Shown here: one piece after another, positions 37,194 through 46,945 of the stretch
Layout: every line of letters begins with the position of its first letter
Numbering within the stretch: position 1 is the first letter of the stretch
Assembly (NCBI GenBank): GCA_039798785.1
Contig: JBDKFG010000001.1
Coordinates: forward strand, 193,007 to 257,006
Length of the DNA stretch: 64,000 nucleotides
From: Verrucomicrobiota bacterium
Lineage (GTDB): Bacteria > Verrucomicrobiota > Lentisphaeria > Lentisphaerales > Lentisphaeraceae
Reading direction: 5' to 3'
Program-made: the position numbers and the translations under genes
Notes under the pieces: generated by a model
The model's input: only the letters and a program-made list of their open reading frames with translations
What the model was told of the DNA's origin: nothing
The model's database searches: none

Positions 37194-38318
37194 TCAGTCA
37201 TCGCTGACGACGGCATTCTGGTTGCTTCCGGAGCGCAGGTAGGCGTTGATGAAGGGATCGAGATCGCCATCGAGCACCGCTTCGGTGTTGGAGGTCTGGT
37301 GGCCGGTGCGCAGGTCCTTGACGCGGCGGTCGTCGAGGACGTAGGAGCGGATCTGTCGGCCCCAACCGATTTCGGTCTTTTCTCCACCGACGTTGGCGGC
37401 GAGCTTTTCCTGCTCGGCCTTGGCCAGTTCCTCGAGCTTGGCGGCGAGCATCTTCATGCACATGTCTTTGTTCTTGTGCTGGTCGCGCTGCATCTGGCAG
37501 GAGACGACGATGCCGGTGGGCAGGTGGGTGATCCGGACGGCGGAGTCGGTCCGGTTGACGTGCTGGCCGCCGGCGCCGGAGGCGCGGTAGGTGTCGATCC
37601 GCAGATCCTTGGTCTCGATGTTGATCGGCGCGTTGTCGGGGAATTCCGGCATGATGTCGATCGAGACGAAGGAGGTGTGGCGGCGCTTGTTGGCGTCGAA
37701 GGGAGAGATGCGGACGAGGCGGTGTACGCCTTTTTCGGCTTTCAGGAAGCCGTTGGCGAATTCGCCTTCGACCAGGATGGTGGCCGACTTGACCCCGGCT
37801 TCTTCGCCTTCCTGGATGTCGAGCAGGCTCTGCTTGAAGCCGCGGCGTTCGATCCAGCGGGTGTACATGCGAAGGAGCATGCTGGCCCAGTCGCAGGATT
37901 CGGTGCCGCCGGCGCCGGCGTTGATGGTGAGGAAGCAGTTGGCGTTGTCGTATTTGCCGGAGAGGAAGGAGAGCAGCTCCATCCGCTCGAGGGCAGCGAA
38001 GAGCTTTTCCCATTCGCCATCGGCGTCGGCGAGCATCGGCGAGGAAGCGCCTTCCATCTCGACCAGCTCGGCAAGCGCGACGAAGTCGTCGGTGAGCTTG
38101 CGGACCTCCTCGAAGGGGGAAAGCGTGTTCTTCAATTGCTGAACCCGTTCGACGAACTTGCGGGCGCGTTCGTTGTCGTCCCAGAAGTCGGGAGCGCTCA
38201 TCCGCATCTCGAGCTGGGCCAGCTCCTTGATCTTGCTGTCGATGGCGAGGAAGCTGGCGAGCGAGTCGCGGCGCTCCACCGCGGACTTGAGGTTTTTCTG
38301 CATTTCGTCGAGGGTCAT
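37194..38318 (-). CDS. prfB: Peptide chain release factor 2
   Basis: SPF specificity motif (RISPFD), GGQ, GWGRQIRSY; continuous reading frame from MTLDEM. Confidence 0.95.
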   Translation of the reverse strand: MTLDEMQKNLKSAVERRDSLASFLAIDSKIKELAQLEMRMSAPDFWDDNERARKFVERVQQLKNTLSPFEEVRKLTDDFVALAELVEMEGASSPMLADADGEWEKLFAALERMELLSFLSGKYDNANCFLTINAGAGGTESCDWASMLLRMYTRWIERRGFKQSLLDIQEGEEAGVKSATILVEGEFANGFLKAEKGVHRLVRISPFDANKRRHTSFVSIDIMPEFPDNAPINIETKDLRIDTYRASGAGGQHVNRTDSAVRITHLPTGIVVSCQMQRDQHKNKDMCMKMLAAKLEELAKAEQEKLAANVGGEKTEIGWGRQIRSYVLDDRRVKDLRTGHQTSNTEAVLDGDLDPFINAYLRSGSNQNAVVSDD

Positions 38319-38406
38319 GGCGGGGTCCTGATTTTGAATCCGGAGAGGATAGAGCGCGGCGGCGGTCTTTCCAGCCCTGCGGCGAGTTAATCCCCGGGCT
38401 GCGGGC

Positions 38407-39504
38407 TCATGCGCTCTTCGCCACCAGCTGCACCGCGAGGCGCTCAAGAATGGTGCGGTTGTCGACCTGCAGCAGGATCAGATCGCGGTAGGCCTGCATG
38501 ATCTTCTCCAAGGCCGCGACCAGCTCGTTGGGTTCGTAGTTGCAGGCCATCTTGCCGAGCAGGAACACCACGTAGGGATGGCGTCCGAGGATCGCAGCCT
38601 CCTCGCCAAGAGCCTTGCGCTGGGCATCGCTGAGCCGGTCGAGATGGGATTTCAGGTTGTCGGCGTTCTTCAGGCTGTGCTTGTGCATGTAAAGACGGAC
38701 GCGCAAGGCGTCGCGGAAAAAGTCGGAAGCCTGCCGCAGCATCAGGTGGACGAAGGATTCCGGATCTTTCTCCTGACTGAGAATGTCGTCGATGAGCTTG
38801 AGGATGGCGGCCAGATTGCGCGCGCCGAGGGCGTCGCGAAAAGCCCATGCGCTGAGAGCGGGGGTGGCTTCGCAGACGGCGCGGACGTCGGCGGCGCGGA
38901 CGTCGCCGCCGTTGGTCCGGCACCACAGCTTGTCGAGCTCCTGGGAGATCCGGGCGGTGTCGGTGCCGATCGCCGCCAGCAGCGCTTCCGCCGCCTGCGG
39001 CTCGAGACGCATCTGGCGCTCGGCGATCGCCTTGCGGAGGAGACTTCCGGCCCGTTCGGCGAAATCCTTGTCCTCCGCCTTCACCTGCTGGCTGACAAAG
39101 ACCTTGCCGCTCTTCTCGACCGCCTTGTACAGCGCTTTTGCCTTGCTGCAGCCCGGCCCAGAGAGGATCAGATTGATGCCGTCAGGCAGGCCGCGTTCAA
39201 TCTCGGATACCAAGGACAGGAAGAATCCGGCGAGTTCGGAACTGGACTCGGCCTTGGTCGGCTCCCGGTCGAAAGCCTGGAAATCCTTCAACCATACCGT
39301 TTTCGTCCCAAAAAAAGAAGGCGTGGCAAGGCCTCCGAGAACCTCACCAAGCAGTGATGCCGGGGTCGAACCGTCCTTTTCCCGGACGATCTCAAGAGCA
39401 AAGGCGTCGGCATCGGCTCCGGCAAGCCGGGTCGCCGCAGCCTCCGCCTGGTCGCGGATCTGGGCGATATCATCCCCGGTGAAAAGCAGTACGTTGCCGG
39501 CCAT
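38407..39504 (-). CDS. holA: DNA polymerase III delta subunit
   Basis: LLFTGDD, TPSFFG, ISQELDKL, HPYV; start MAGNVLL at 39504 (the longer track ORF is the alaS antisense shadow). Confidence 0.8.
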   Translation of the reverse strand: MAGNVLLFTGDDIAQIRDQAEAAATRLAGADADAFALEIVREKDGSTPASLLGEVLGGLATPSFFGTKTVWLKDFQAFDREPTKAESSSELAGFFLSLVSEIERGLPDGINLILSGPGCSKAKALYKAVEKSGKVFVSQQVKAEDKDFAERAGSLLRKAIAERQMRLEPQAAEALLAAIGTDTARISQELDKLWCRTNGGDVRAADVRAVCEATPALSAWAFRDALGARNLAAILKLIDDILSQEKDPESFVHLMLRQASDFFRDALRVRLYMHKHSLKNADNLKSHLDRLSDAQRKALGEEAAILGRHPYVVFLLGKMACNYEPNELVAALEKIMQAYRDLILLQVDNRTILERLAVQLVAKSA

Positions 39505-39684
39505 CGGTCTCTCCTGAAATTGAATTCGGCCGAATCTATCGGGGACTGGCTCTTGTGCAAGCTTGTCAAAACTTCCCTCGGGATCTCGCCGGGAGATTCC
39601 CGCCCCGCAATGAAAAAATCCTTGCGGCCTCGTTTTCCGCCTGCATATTACGCGGCCTTTTAAACCGCTCAGGAACCCCAGACC

Positions 39685-42384
39685 ATGATGACCTCCCGCC
39701 AGATCCGCCAGAGCTACCTCGACTTCTTCAAGTCCAAACAGCACAGCATCGTCCCTAGCTCCTCGCTGATGCCCGACTCGCCCGGCCTCTTGTTCACCAA
39801 CGCCGGCATGAACCAGTTCGTCCCGATCTTCCTCGGCCAGGTCAAATGCCCCTACACCCCGGGCCGCGCCGCCGACACCCAGAAGTGCATCCGCGCCGGC
39901 GGCAAGCACAACGACCTTGAGGACGTCGGCCTCGACACCTACCACCACACCTTCTTCGAAATGCTTGGCAACTGGTCCTTCGGCGACTACTTCAAGAAAG
40001 AGGCCATCGACTGGGCCTGGGAATACATCGTCGACGTCATCAAGTTCCCCCCCGCCCGCCTCTACGCCACCGTCTACGCCCCCAACAAGGCCAAGGGCGA
40101 CCCCGCCGAGTTCGACCAGGAGGCCTGGGATCTCTGGGCGGTCAAGTTCCGTTCCGTCGGCCTCGACCCCGCCATCCACATCGTCAACGGCAACAAGAAG
40201 GACAACTTCTGGATGATGGGCGAGACCGGCCCCTGCGGTCCCTGCACCGAACTCCACGTCGACCTCACCCCCGCCGGCGACACCCAGGGCAAGCTGGTCA
40301 ACGGCACCTCGGACCGCTGCATCGAGATCTGGAACAACGTCTTCATCCAGTACCTCGCCAAGCCCGACGGCACCTTCGAAGAACTGCCCGCCAAGCACGT
40401 CGACACCGGCATGGGCTTTGAACGCCTCTGCTCGATCATCCAGAACACCAAGGGCTTCAAAGACTTCACCGGGATCATCTCGAACTACGAGACCGACGTC
40501 TTCACTCCCATCTTCGCCAAGATCGCCGAGCTCTCCGGCAAGCACTACGGCCACACCCTGCCGCAGCACAGCAACGACGGCGCCCTGGTGCCCACCACCG
40601 AGCAGGAGAAGATCGACGTCGCCTTCCGCGTCATCGCCGACCACATCCGCAACCTCTCCTGCGCCATCGCCGACGGCATCCAGCCGGGCAACACCGGCCG
40701 CAACTACGTCCTGCGCCGCATCCTCCGCCGCGCCGTCCGCTACGGCCGCAACCTCGGCTTCAAAGAGCCCTTCTTCTACAAGCTCGTCGATGTCGTCGTC
40801 GATCAGCTCGGCGACGTCTTCCCCGAACTGGTCAAGCGCCAATCCTTCGTCCGCGACACCCTCAAGGCCGAGGAAGTCGGCTTCAACCGCACCCTCGACA
40901 AGGGCATAGAGCTCTTCGATGCCGAAGTTGCCCATCTCGCTAAGGGAGGAGTTGTCTCAGGCGATTTTGCCTTCAAGCTCGCTGACACCTTCGGCTTCCC
41001 CATCGACCTCACCGAGCTGATGGCCCGCGAACGCGGCCTTGGCGTAGATAAGTCTCGATTTGATGTGTTGATGGAAGAGGCTCGTAAGCGCGGAAAAGAA
41101 GGAACCACTGTTGATGTCGTCGGCCTCGACCAGGTCAAGACCAAGGACACCACGCCCTTCCTCGGCTACTGCCAGAGCGAGACCAGCGCCAAGGTGCTCG
41201 AAGTCGTCCGCTTGAAAGACAAGGTCGCGGTCATCCTCGACCAGACCGTCGCCTACCCCGAGATGGGCGGCCAGATCGGCGACACCGGCGTCATCAGCTG
41301 CGGTGCCGATGTCTGGACCCTTTGCGACACCCGCAAAAACGGCGACGTCATCCTCCACACCCTGGTCGGCGACGAAGCCCCCGCCGTCGGTGCCGAAGTC
41401 ACGGTCAGCTTCGACCTCGAGCGTCGCGCCGCGATCCGCCGCAACCACACCGCCACCCACCTGCTGCACCAGGCACTGAAGGACGTCCTCGGCGAGCACG
41501 TGCAGCAGAAGGGCTCGCTGGTTGCCGACAGCGCCCTGCGCTTCGACTACGCCGCTCTCGAGGCCCCCACCAAGGAGCAGCTCCGCCGCGTCGAAGACAT
41601 CGTCAACGCCCAGATCCTCGCCAACACCAAGGTCGGCACCCAGGAGATGGCGATCGACGCCGCCCGCGCCAAGGGCGCCCAAGCTCTCTTCGGCGAGAAG
41701 TACGGCGACCAGGTCCGCGTCGTCGAAGTCCCCGGCTTCTCAATCGAACTCTGCGGCGGCACCCACGTCAGCGCCACCGGCGACATCGGCAGCTTCCGCT
41801 TCGTCTCGGAAGGCTCCCTCGCCGCCGGCGTCCGCCGCATCGAAGCTGTGACCGGCAGCGCCGCGATTGCGGAAGCCGCGAAGGACGCCGCCCTCGTCGC
41901 CGAGCTCGCCGGCGCCTTCAAGTGCAAGTCGGCCGACATCGTCGACCGCGTCCAGAAGGCTCTCGACCAGATCAAGGCCCTGCAGAAGGAGAACGACGAG
42001 CTCAAGACCAAGCTCATCGCCGCCGGTGCCGACGCCTATCTCGCCCAGGCCGTGCCCTGCGGCGCCTTCAAGCTGATCACCGCCAAGGTCGACGACGTCG
42101 ACGCTGCCGGCCTCGCCAGTCTCGGCCACATGCTGCGCCAGAAGATCGGCAGCGGCGTCGTCGTGATCGCCTGCGAGACCGAGGGCAAGGTGTCCCTCGT
42201 GGTCGCCGTTTCCGACGATCTTCTCGGCACCATCAAGGCCGGCGAGATCATCGGCCCGGCCGCCAAGGAAGTGCAGGGCGGCGGCGGCGGCGCTCCCAAG
42301 TTCGCCCAGGCCGGCGGCAAGAACCCCGCCGGCATCCCCGCGGCCTTGGCCAAGGCGGCGGAGCTGGTGAAAGCCAAGGGCTGA
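39685..42384 (+). CDS. alaS: Alanine--tRNA ligase
   Basis: LLFTNAGMNQF, HHTFFEMLGNWSFGDYFK, editing motifs HTATHLL and ELCGGTH, GGGGG C-terminal domain. Confidence 0.98.
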   Translation: MMTSRQIRQSYLDFFKSKQHSIVPSSSLMPDSPGLLFTNAGMNQFVPIFLGQVKCPYTPGRAADTQKCIRAGGKHNDLEDVGLDTYHHTFFEMLGNWSFGDYFKKEAIDWAWEYIVDVIKFPPARLYATVYAPNKAKGDPAEFDQEAWDLWAVKFRSVGLDPAIHIVNGNKKDNFWMMGETGPCGPCTELHVDLTPAGDTQGKLVNGTSDRCIEIWNNVFIQYLAKPDGTFEELPAKHVDTGMGFERLCSIIQNTKGFKDFTGIISNYETDVFTPIFAKIAELSGKHYGHTLPQHSNDGALVPTTEQEKIDVAFRVIADHIRNLSCAIADGIQPGNTGRNYVLRRILRRAVRYGRNLGFKEPFFYKLVDVVVDQLGDVFPELVKRQSFVRDTLKAEEVGFNRTLDKGIELFDAEVAHLAKGGVVSGDFAFKLADTFGFPIDLTELMARERGLGVDKSRFDVLMEEARKRGKEGTTVDVVGLDQVKTKDTTPFLGYCQSETSAKVLEVVRLKDKVAVILDQTVAYPEMGGQIGDTGVISCGADVWTLCDTRKNGDVILHTLVGDEAPAVGAEVTVSFDLERRAAIRRNHTATHLLHQALKDVLGEHVQQKGSLVADSALRFDYAALEAPTKEQLRRVEDIVNAQILANTKVGTQEMAIDAARAKGAQALFGEKYGDQVRVVEVPGFSIELCGGTHVSATGDIGSFRFVSEGSLAAGVRRIEAVTGSAAIAEAAKDAALVAELAGAFKCKSADIVDRVQKALDQIKALQKENDELKTKLIAAGADAYLAQAVPCGAFKLITAKVDDVDAAGLASLGHMLRQKIGSGVVVIACETEGKVSLVVAVSDDLLGTIKAGEIIGPAAKEVQGGGGGAPKFAQAGGKNPAGIPAALAKAAELVKAKG

Positions 42385-42386
42385 GT

Positions 42387-42621
42387 TCACACGGACAGTC
42401 ACGGACGGGTACACACGCACATGTGGTGCCCGTTGGTGTTTGTCTTTGTCAATCCGATCTGGCGGCCGAGGAGGTACTGGCAGAGATTGATGAGGATGCT
42501 GTTCGCGGCGAGTTCGCAGATGCGAGCGTGGTCCTGAGCTCCGCTCGGTGGCGGTCGCTTCAAGGAATGAATGAACTCACACGGACAGTCACTTAAGGCT
42601 CACGGACGGGCTGTCACGGAC
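42387..42621. repeat. CACGGAC-type short repeat cluster
   Basis: tcacacggacagtcac at 42387 and 42577; further cacggac units. Confidence 0.7.
42450..42540 (-). pseudogene. Remnant of a four-helix-bundle-suffix-domain gene
   Basis: Minus-strand translation AQDHARICELAANSILINLCQYLLGRQI resembles the ELAAN..LI...YLLxRQI motif; no start codon, in-frame stop upstream. Confidence 0.55.
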
Positions 42622-42741
42622 TCTAAAGTGGAGATGGAACTCGCTGCGCCTCACATTATGTGGTGCTGAAAGCTGCTCCTGCCACTTGCATCCCCCCCCC
42701 GTCCGACTAATGTTGCACTTTCCGCATCCACGGAGGTCAAC

Positions 42742-43146
42742 ATGCGTCTTCTGCCTGCTCTGTTTCTTCTCTGCGCCGCCGCCTGCCAGGCTCCGGTAGT
42801 GAATCCGCCTGCTCCGACCACGCCCGCTCCTCAGGCTCCGCTGCAGATCAAGATCGGAAACATCAACGAGAAAGGGCAGCAGCGCCTGATGCCTGAGATT
42901 TTCGACCTCCTGCCCGCCGCCGAGAAACCCCGCTTCGTGCCGTTCGAGGCCTACCGCAGCTTCCATGACGACGACATCGTTCACCGCGGCCTCTGCGACA
43001 ACATGTTGCAATTCACTGACGCCGAAGGGCATGTTCAGCGCCGTTGCGGCGGCCACATTCCCGGCCGCAATGAACGCCCGCCCGCGCTGCCCGCCGCGGC
43101 CCCATCTTCCAAAACCGCCGAGCCCGGCAAGACCCCAGCCAAATAA
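42742..43146 (+). CDS. Putative Pro-rich lipoprotein
   Basis: GGAGG RBS; lipobox-like AAAC. Confidence 0.7.
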   Translation: MRLLPALFLLCAAACQAPVVNPPAPTTPAPQAPLQIKIGNINEKGQQRLMPEIFDLLPAAEKPRFVPFEAYRSFHDDDIVHRGLCDNMLQFTDAEGHVQRRCGGHIPGRNERPPALPAAAPSSKTAEPGKTPAK

Positions 43147-43154
43147 GGCCCTCC

Positions 43155-44975
43155 ATGACCCCCAAGTCCCTGATCCGCAACTTCTCCATCATCGCTCACA
43201 TCGACCACGGCAAGTCTACCCTCGCCGACCGCCTGCTGCAATCGACCAAGACCATGACCGACCGCGAAATGGCCGGCCAGGAGCAGATCCTCGATGCCAT
43301 GGACCTCGAAAAAGAGCGTGGCATCACCATCAAGGCCCACCCGGTCTGCATGCGCTACAAGCACACCGACGGCATCGAATACGAGCTCAACCTGATCGAC
43401 ACTCCCGGACACGTCGACTTCGCCTATGAAGTCGCCCGTTCGCTCGCCGCCTGCGAAGGCGCGCTGCTGATCATCGACGCCTCGCAAGGCGTCCAGGCCC
43501 AGACCGTCGCCAACGTCGGCCTCGCCCTCAAGCAGGGCCTCCACATCATCCCGGTCTTCAACAAGATCGACCTGCCCGCCACCAACCTCGAGATGTGCTA
43601 CGAGCAGCTCGAAGAGATCCTGCAGATCCCCCGCGAAGAAGCGGTGCTGATCTCAGCCAAGTCGGGCCTCGGCATCGACAAGGTGCTTGACGCCATCGTC
43701 AACCGCATTCCTCCCCCGGTCGAGGAGAAGTTCGAGGACAACAAGCTCAAGGCCCTGGTCGTCGACTCGATCTACGACAACTACCGCGGCGTGGTCTCCT
43801 ACATCCGCGTCAAGTCCGGCGTGGTCAAGGCCGGCGACTACATCCGCATGATGAGCTCAGGCAAGGACTACGAGGTCAAGGAAGTCGGCGTCTTCCAGCC
43901 CAAGATGCGCAAGTGCGAAGACCTCGGCCCCGGCTCCGTCGGCTACCTGATCGCCAACATCAAGGAGACCGCCGAATCGAAAATCGGCGACACCATCACC
44001 GGCAAGATCAACCCCGCCACGGAGCCGATCCCCGGCTTCGCCGAGGTGCTGCCGATGGTCTACTCCGGCATCTACCCGATCGACGCCGACGACTATGAAT
44101 CGCTCAAACACGCCATGGGCAAGCTGAACCTCAACGACCCGGCTTTCGTCTACCAGCAGGAATCCTCGCTCGCCCTCGGCTTCGGTTTCCGCTGCGGCTT
44201 CCTCGGCCTCCTCCACATGGAAATCGTCCAGGAACGCCTTCGTCGTGAATTCAATATGGACATCATCGCCACCTACCCCTCCGTCATCTACCACGTCTAC
44301 CTGAAAAACGGCACCCTGCTGCAGTGCGACAACCCGGTCAATCTCCCCGATCCGACCCATATCGAGCGCACCGAAGAGCCAATCATCGAAGCCAACATCA
44401 TGTTCCCGTCGGAATACATGGGCGCCGTGATGAACCTGGTGATGGAGAAACGCGGCTTCTGCGACAACACCCACGCGGTCGACGACCGCCACGTCATGCT
44501 CACCTGCACCATCCCGCTGCACGAAATCGTCATCGACTTCAACGATCGCCTGAAGTCGATCACCCGCGGCTACGGATCGATGAACTATACCCCGAAAGGC
44601 TACCAGGCCGGGCCCATGGTCAAACTCGAAATGCTGATCAACGGCGAACCCGTCGACGCCTTCGCTTCGATCGTCCACCGCGACAACGCCCCGGTCCGCG
44701 GACGCAAGCTCGCCGAGAAGCTCAAAGACGTCATCCCGCCTGAGCAGTTCGTCATCGCCATCCAGGCCGCCGTCGGCGGAGCCATCGTCGCCCGCGAAAC
44801 CGTCAGAGCCATGCGCAAAGACGTCACCGCCAAGTGCTACGGCGGCGACATCTCGCGGAAGCGCAAACTGCTCGACAAGCAGAAAGAAGGTAAGAAGCGG
44901 ATGAAGATGGTCGGCCGCGTCAATATCCCGCAGGAAGCCTTCGTCGAAATCCTCAAGGCTTCGACCTCGGAATAA
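43155..44975 (+). CDS. lepA: Elongation factor 4
   Basis: IRNFSIIAHIDHGKSTLADRLL, KCYGGDISRKRKLL. Confidence 0.98.
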   Translation: MTPKSLIRNFSIIAHIDHGKSTLADRLLQSTKTMTDREMAGQEQILDAMDLEKERGITIKAHPVCMRYKHTDGIEYELNLIDTPGHVDFAYEVARSLAACEGALLIIDASQGVQAQTVANVGLALKQGLHIIPVFNKIDLPATNLEMCYEQLEEILQIPREEAVLISAKSGLGIDKVLDAIVNRIPPPVEEKFEDNKLKALVVDSIYDNYRGVVSYIRVKSGVVKAGDYIRMMSSGKDYEVKEVGVFQPKMRKCEDLGPGSVGYLIANIKETAESKIGDTITGKINPATEPIPGFAEVLPMVYSGIYPIDADDYESLKHAMGKLNLNDPAFVYQQESSLALGFGFRCGFLGLLHMEIVQERLRREFNMDIIATYPSVIYHVYLKNGTLLQCDNPVNLPDPTHIERTEEPIIEANIMFPSEYMGAVMNLVMEKRGFCDNTHAVDDRHVMLTCTIPLHEIVIDFNDRLKSITRGYGSMNYTPKGYQAGPMVKLEMLINGEPVDAFASIVHRDNAPVRGRKLAEKLKDVIPPEQFVIAIQAAVGGAIVARETVRAMRKDVTAKCYGGDISRKRKLLDKQKEGKKRMKMVGRVNIPQEAFVEILKASTSE

Positions 44976-44980
44976 GCCGC

Positions 44981-45071
44981 AAGTTGAAAGGCGAACGCAA
45001 GCAGCCCGACCGACTAGTTCACCTTTCAACCTTTCAACCTTTCGACCTTTCAACCTTTCAACCTTTCAACT
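44981..45071. repeat. Hairpin plus (ACCTTTCA)x6 array
   Basis: gttgaaaggcgaac / gttcacctttcaac, with six 8-mer units at 45021-45068 (one unit acctttcg). Confidence 0.88.
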
Positions 45072-45081
45072 TCGAGACAGC

Positions 45082-46128
45082 ATGAAACACTTCTGGGGAT
45101 CGATCCTCGTCACCGTCGTCGGCTTGATCATCGCCTTTTATTTCGGCGGGCGCGGCGAATCCTTTTCCTTCAGCCTTGCTCTCAGCGCTCTTTTCATCTG
45201 CAGCGTCTTGGCAGTGATGGAAGTCAGCCTGTCATTTGACAACGCGGTCGTCAACGCCAAGGTTTTGAAGGACATGAATGCCTTCTGGCGCAAGATGTTC
45301 CTCACCGTCGGCATGATCATCGCGGTGTTCGGCATGCGACTGCTGCTGCCGATCGCGATTGTCGCGCTGGCTTCGGGCACCGGTTATTGGGAGACCACCC
45401 AGATGGCCTTGAACGATCCCGGCACCTACGCCAAGAAGCTCCACGATTGCCACATCAGCATCGCCGCCTTCGGCGGCATCTTCCTTCTTCTGGTCTTCCT
45501 CAACTTCATCTTCGATCATGAACGAGACATCCACTGGATCAGCTTCCTCGAGCGCCGCTTGGGCAAGGTCGGCAAGATCGACACCGCCGCCACCATCGTC
45601 GCCCTGCTTTGCCTTCTTGCTCTTGCCGCTTCACTGCCGGAAAGAGAGCAGCAGTTCTCGGCCTTGATCGCCGGCATCATCGGCATCATCCTCTATCTCA
45701 TGCTGGACGGCGTCAAGGCGCTGACTTCCGACTCTGGCGCAGGCCAGGCGGTGGCCGGGGCCGGCAAGGCCGGTTTTGCCGCGTTCTGCTACCTCGAAGT
45801 GCTCGACGCCTCATTCTCGCTGGACGGGGTGGTCGGCGCCTTCGCCCTGAGCAAAAACGTCGTCATCATCATGGTCGGCCTCGCCATCGGCGCGATGTTC
45901 GTCCGCTCGATGACCATCTATCTGGTGGAGAAAGGCACTCTTGACGAGTTCTGCTTCCTTGAACACGGCGCCCATTGGGCCATCGGCGCGCTCGCTGCGA
46001 TGATGCTGATCGGGGCCCATCCCTCCTGCCACATTCCGGAGTGGATCACCGGCCTCAGCGGCGCCATCCTGATTGTGCTGTCGATCGGCTCTTCAATCCG
46101 TGAGCGGCGGAAAGCCGCCGCGGATTGA
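45082..46128 (+). CDS. DUF475 / TerC-like integral membrane protein
   Basis: EVSLSFDNAVVNA, VFGMRL, YLEVLDASFSLDGVVGAF, LEHGAHWAIG. Confidence 0.9.
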   Translation: MKHFWGSILVTVVGLIIAFYFGGRGESFSFSLALSALFICSVLAVMEVSLSFDNAVVNAKVLKDMNAFWRKMFLTVGMIIAVFGMRLLLPIAIVALASGTGYWETTQMALNDPGTYAKKLHDCHISIAAFGGIFLLLVFLNFIFDHERDIHWISFLERRLGKVGKIDTAATIVALLCLLALAASLPEREQQFSALIAGIIGIILYLMLDGVKALTSDSGAGQAVAGAGKAGFAAFCYLEVLDASFSLDGVVGAFALSKNVVIIMVGLAIGAMFVRSMTIYLVEKGTLDEFCFLEHGAHWAIGALAAMMLIGAHPSCHIPEWITGLSGAILIVLSIGSSIRERRKAAAD

Positions 46129-46154
46129 TCGGAAACGCCATGATTGAGCAGACA

Positions 46155-46240
46155 AGGCCCGCGGATTTCTTCGCGGGCCCTATCTTTTCAAAGTGAGGAG
46201 TGACGACAGAAAAGCCTCCGGAGGCTGAGTCCGGAGGCTA
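46155..46240. terminator. Two hairpins between convergent genes
   Basis: ggcccgcg/cgcgggcc and agcctccgga/tccggaggct. Confidence 0.6.
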
Positions 46241-46257
46241 TGCTTGATATCAGAGGA

Positions 46258-46878
46258 TCAGAAGCCGACGCGGCTCTTCGACCCCTGCTTGCTGATGGTC
46301 TTGATGTCCTCCCAGATGAGTTCTCCATCGAGGCTGCAAAGGGAGAGCTGGAACTGATAGGTGGCCTGCTTGATGCTGCCGCTGCGGGCGCGGTCCTCCA
46401 GGATCTTGCCGAAGAGGGTCAGATTCGGGCGCTTGCGCTGGGCCGGATCTTTCTTCTTCATGAACTCGTCCTCCTGGTTGAGGGCGCGGGCGCCGGGGGC
46501 TTCAGCCTGGGCGGCGCTGCCGAAATTGACCAGGGTGCGGACCTGGCCGGTCTTGTTGAGTTTGACCGTGATCTGCTTGGTCAGCAGAGCGACGTCGAAG
46601 CGCTGGCTGGTGTCATTGGTTACCTTGTCGACCATGATGAAGACGCGGCCCTTATTGGTCTCATCTTGGTAGTCCGGAGACTGTCTGATTTCGGCGAAGA
46701 CGGGATGGTCGATCATCGAGTCGATCATGCTTTGCGCCGCCATTTCGAACTCCTGGATGTTGATCCGGTCGACATCGACGATCATCTGGTTGTTTTCGGT
46801 GACGTAGTGGGCCGGGGTGCCGCAGGAGGCGGCGCCCAAGGTGGTGAGAAGAGCGGAGCCGAGGAGGAGGTGTTTCAT
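46258..46878 (-). CDS. LpoB-like lipoprotein (putative PBP activator family)
   Basis: Lipobox AASC; NDTSQRFD, YQFQLSL..GELIWED..ISKQ. Confidence 0.75.
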   Translation of the reverse strand: MKHLLLGSALLTTLGAASCGTPAHYVTENNQMIVDVDRINIQEFEMAAQSMIDSMIDHPVFAEIRQSPDYQDETNKGRVFIMVDKVTNDTSQRFDVALLTKQITVKLNKTGQVRTLVNFGSAAQAEAPGARALNQEDEFMKKKDPAQRKRPNLTLFGKILEDRARSGSIKQATYQFQLSLCSLDGELIWEDIKTISKQGSKSRVGF

Positions 46879-46945
46879 GAGGATTCTCTGGGTTATGGGA
46901 TGAAGCTTGAGAGATTGGGCTGAGAAGGGCTGAAGCTTAAGACGC

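Noticed and set aside
38407..40935. 842-aa ORF suggesting a long N-terminal extension on HolA
   Set aside because: The extension is antisense to alaS; the real start is at 39504 with a GGAG RBS.
45021..45068. Tandem repeats as a possible CRISPR array
   Set aside because: Units are 7-8 nt with no spacers, and no cas genes are present. No CRISPR array was seen in the window.
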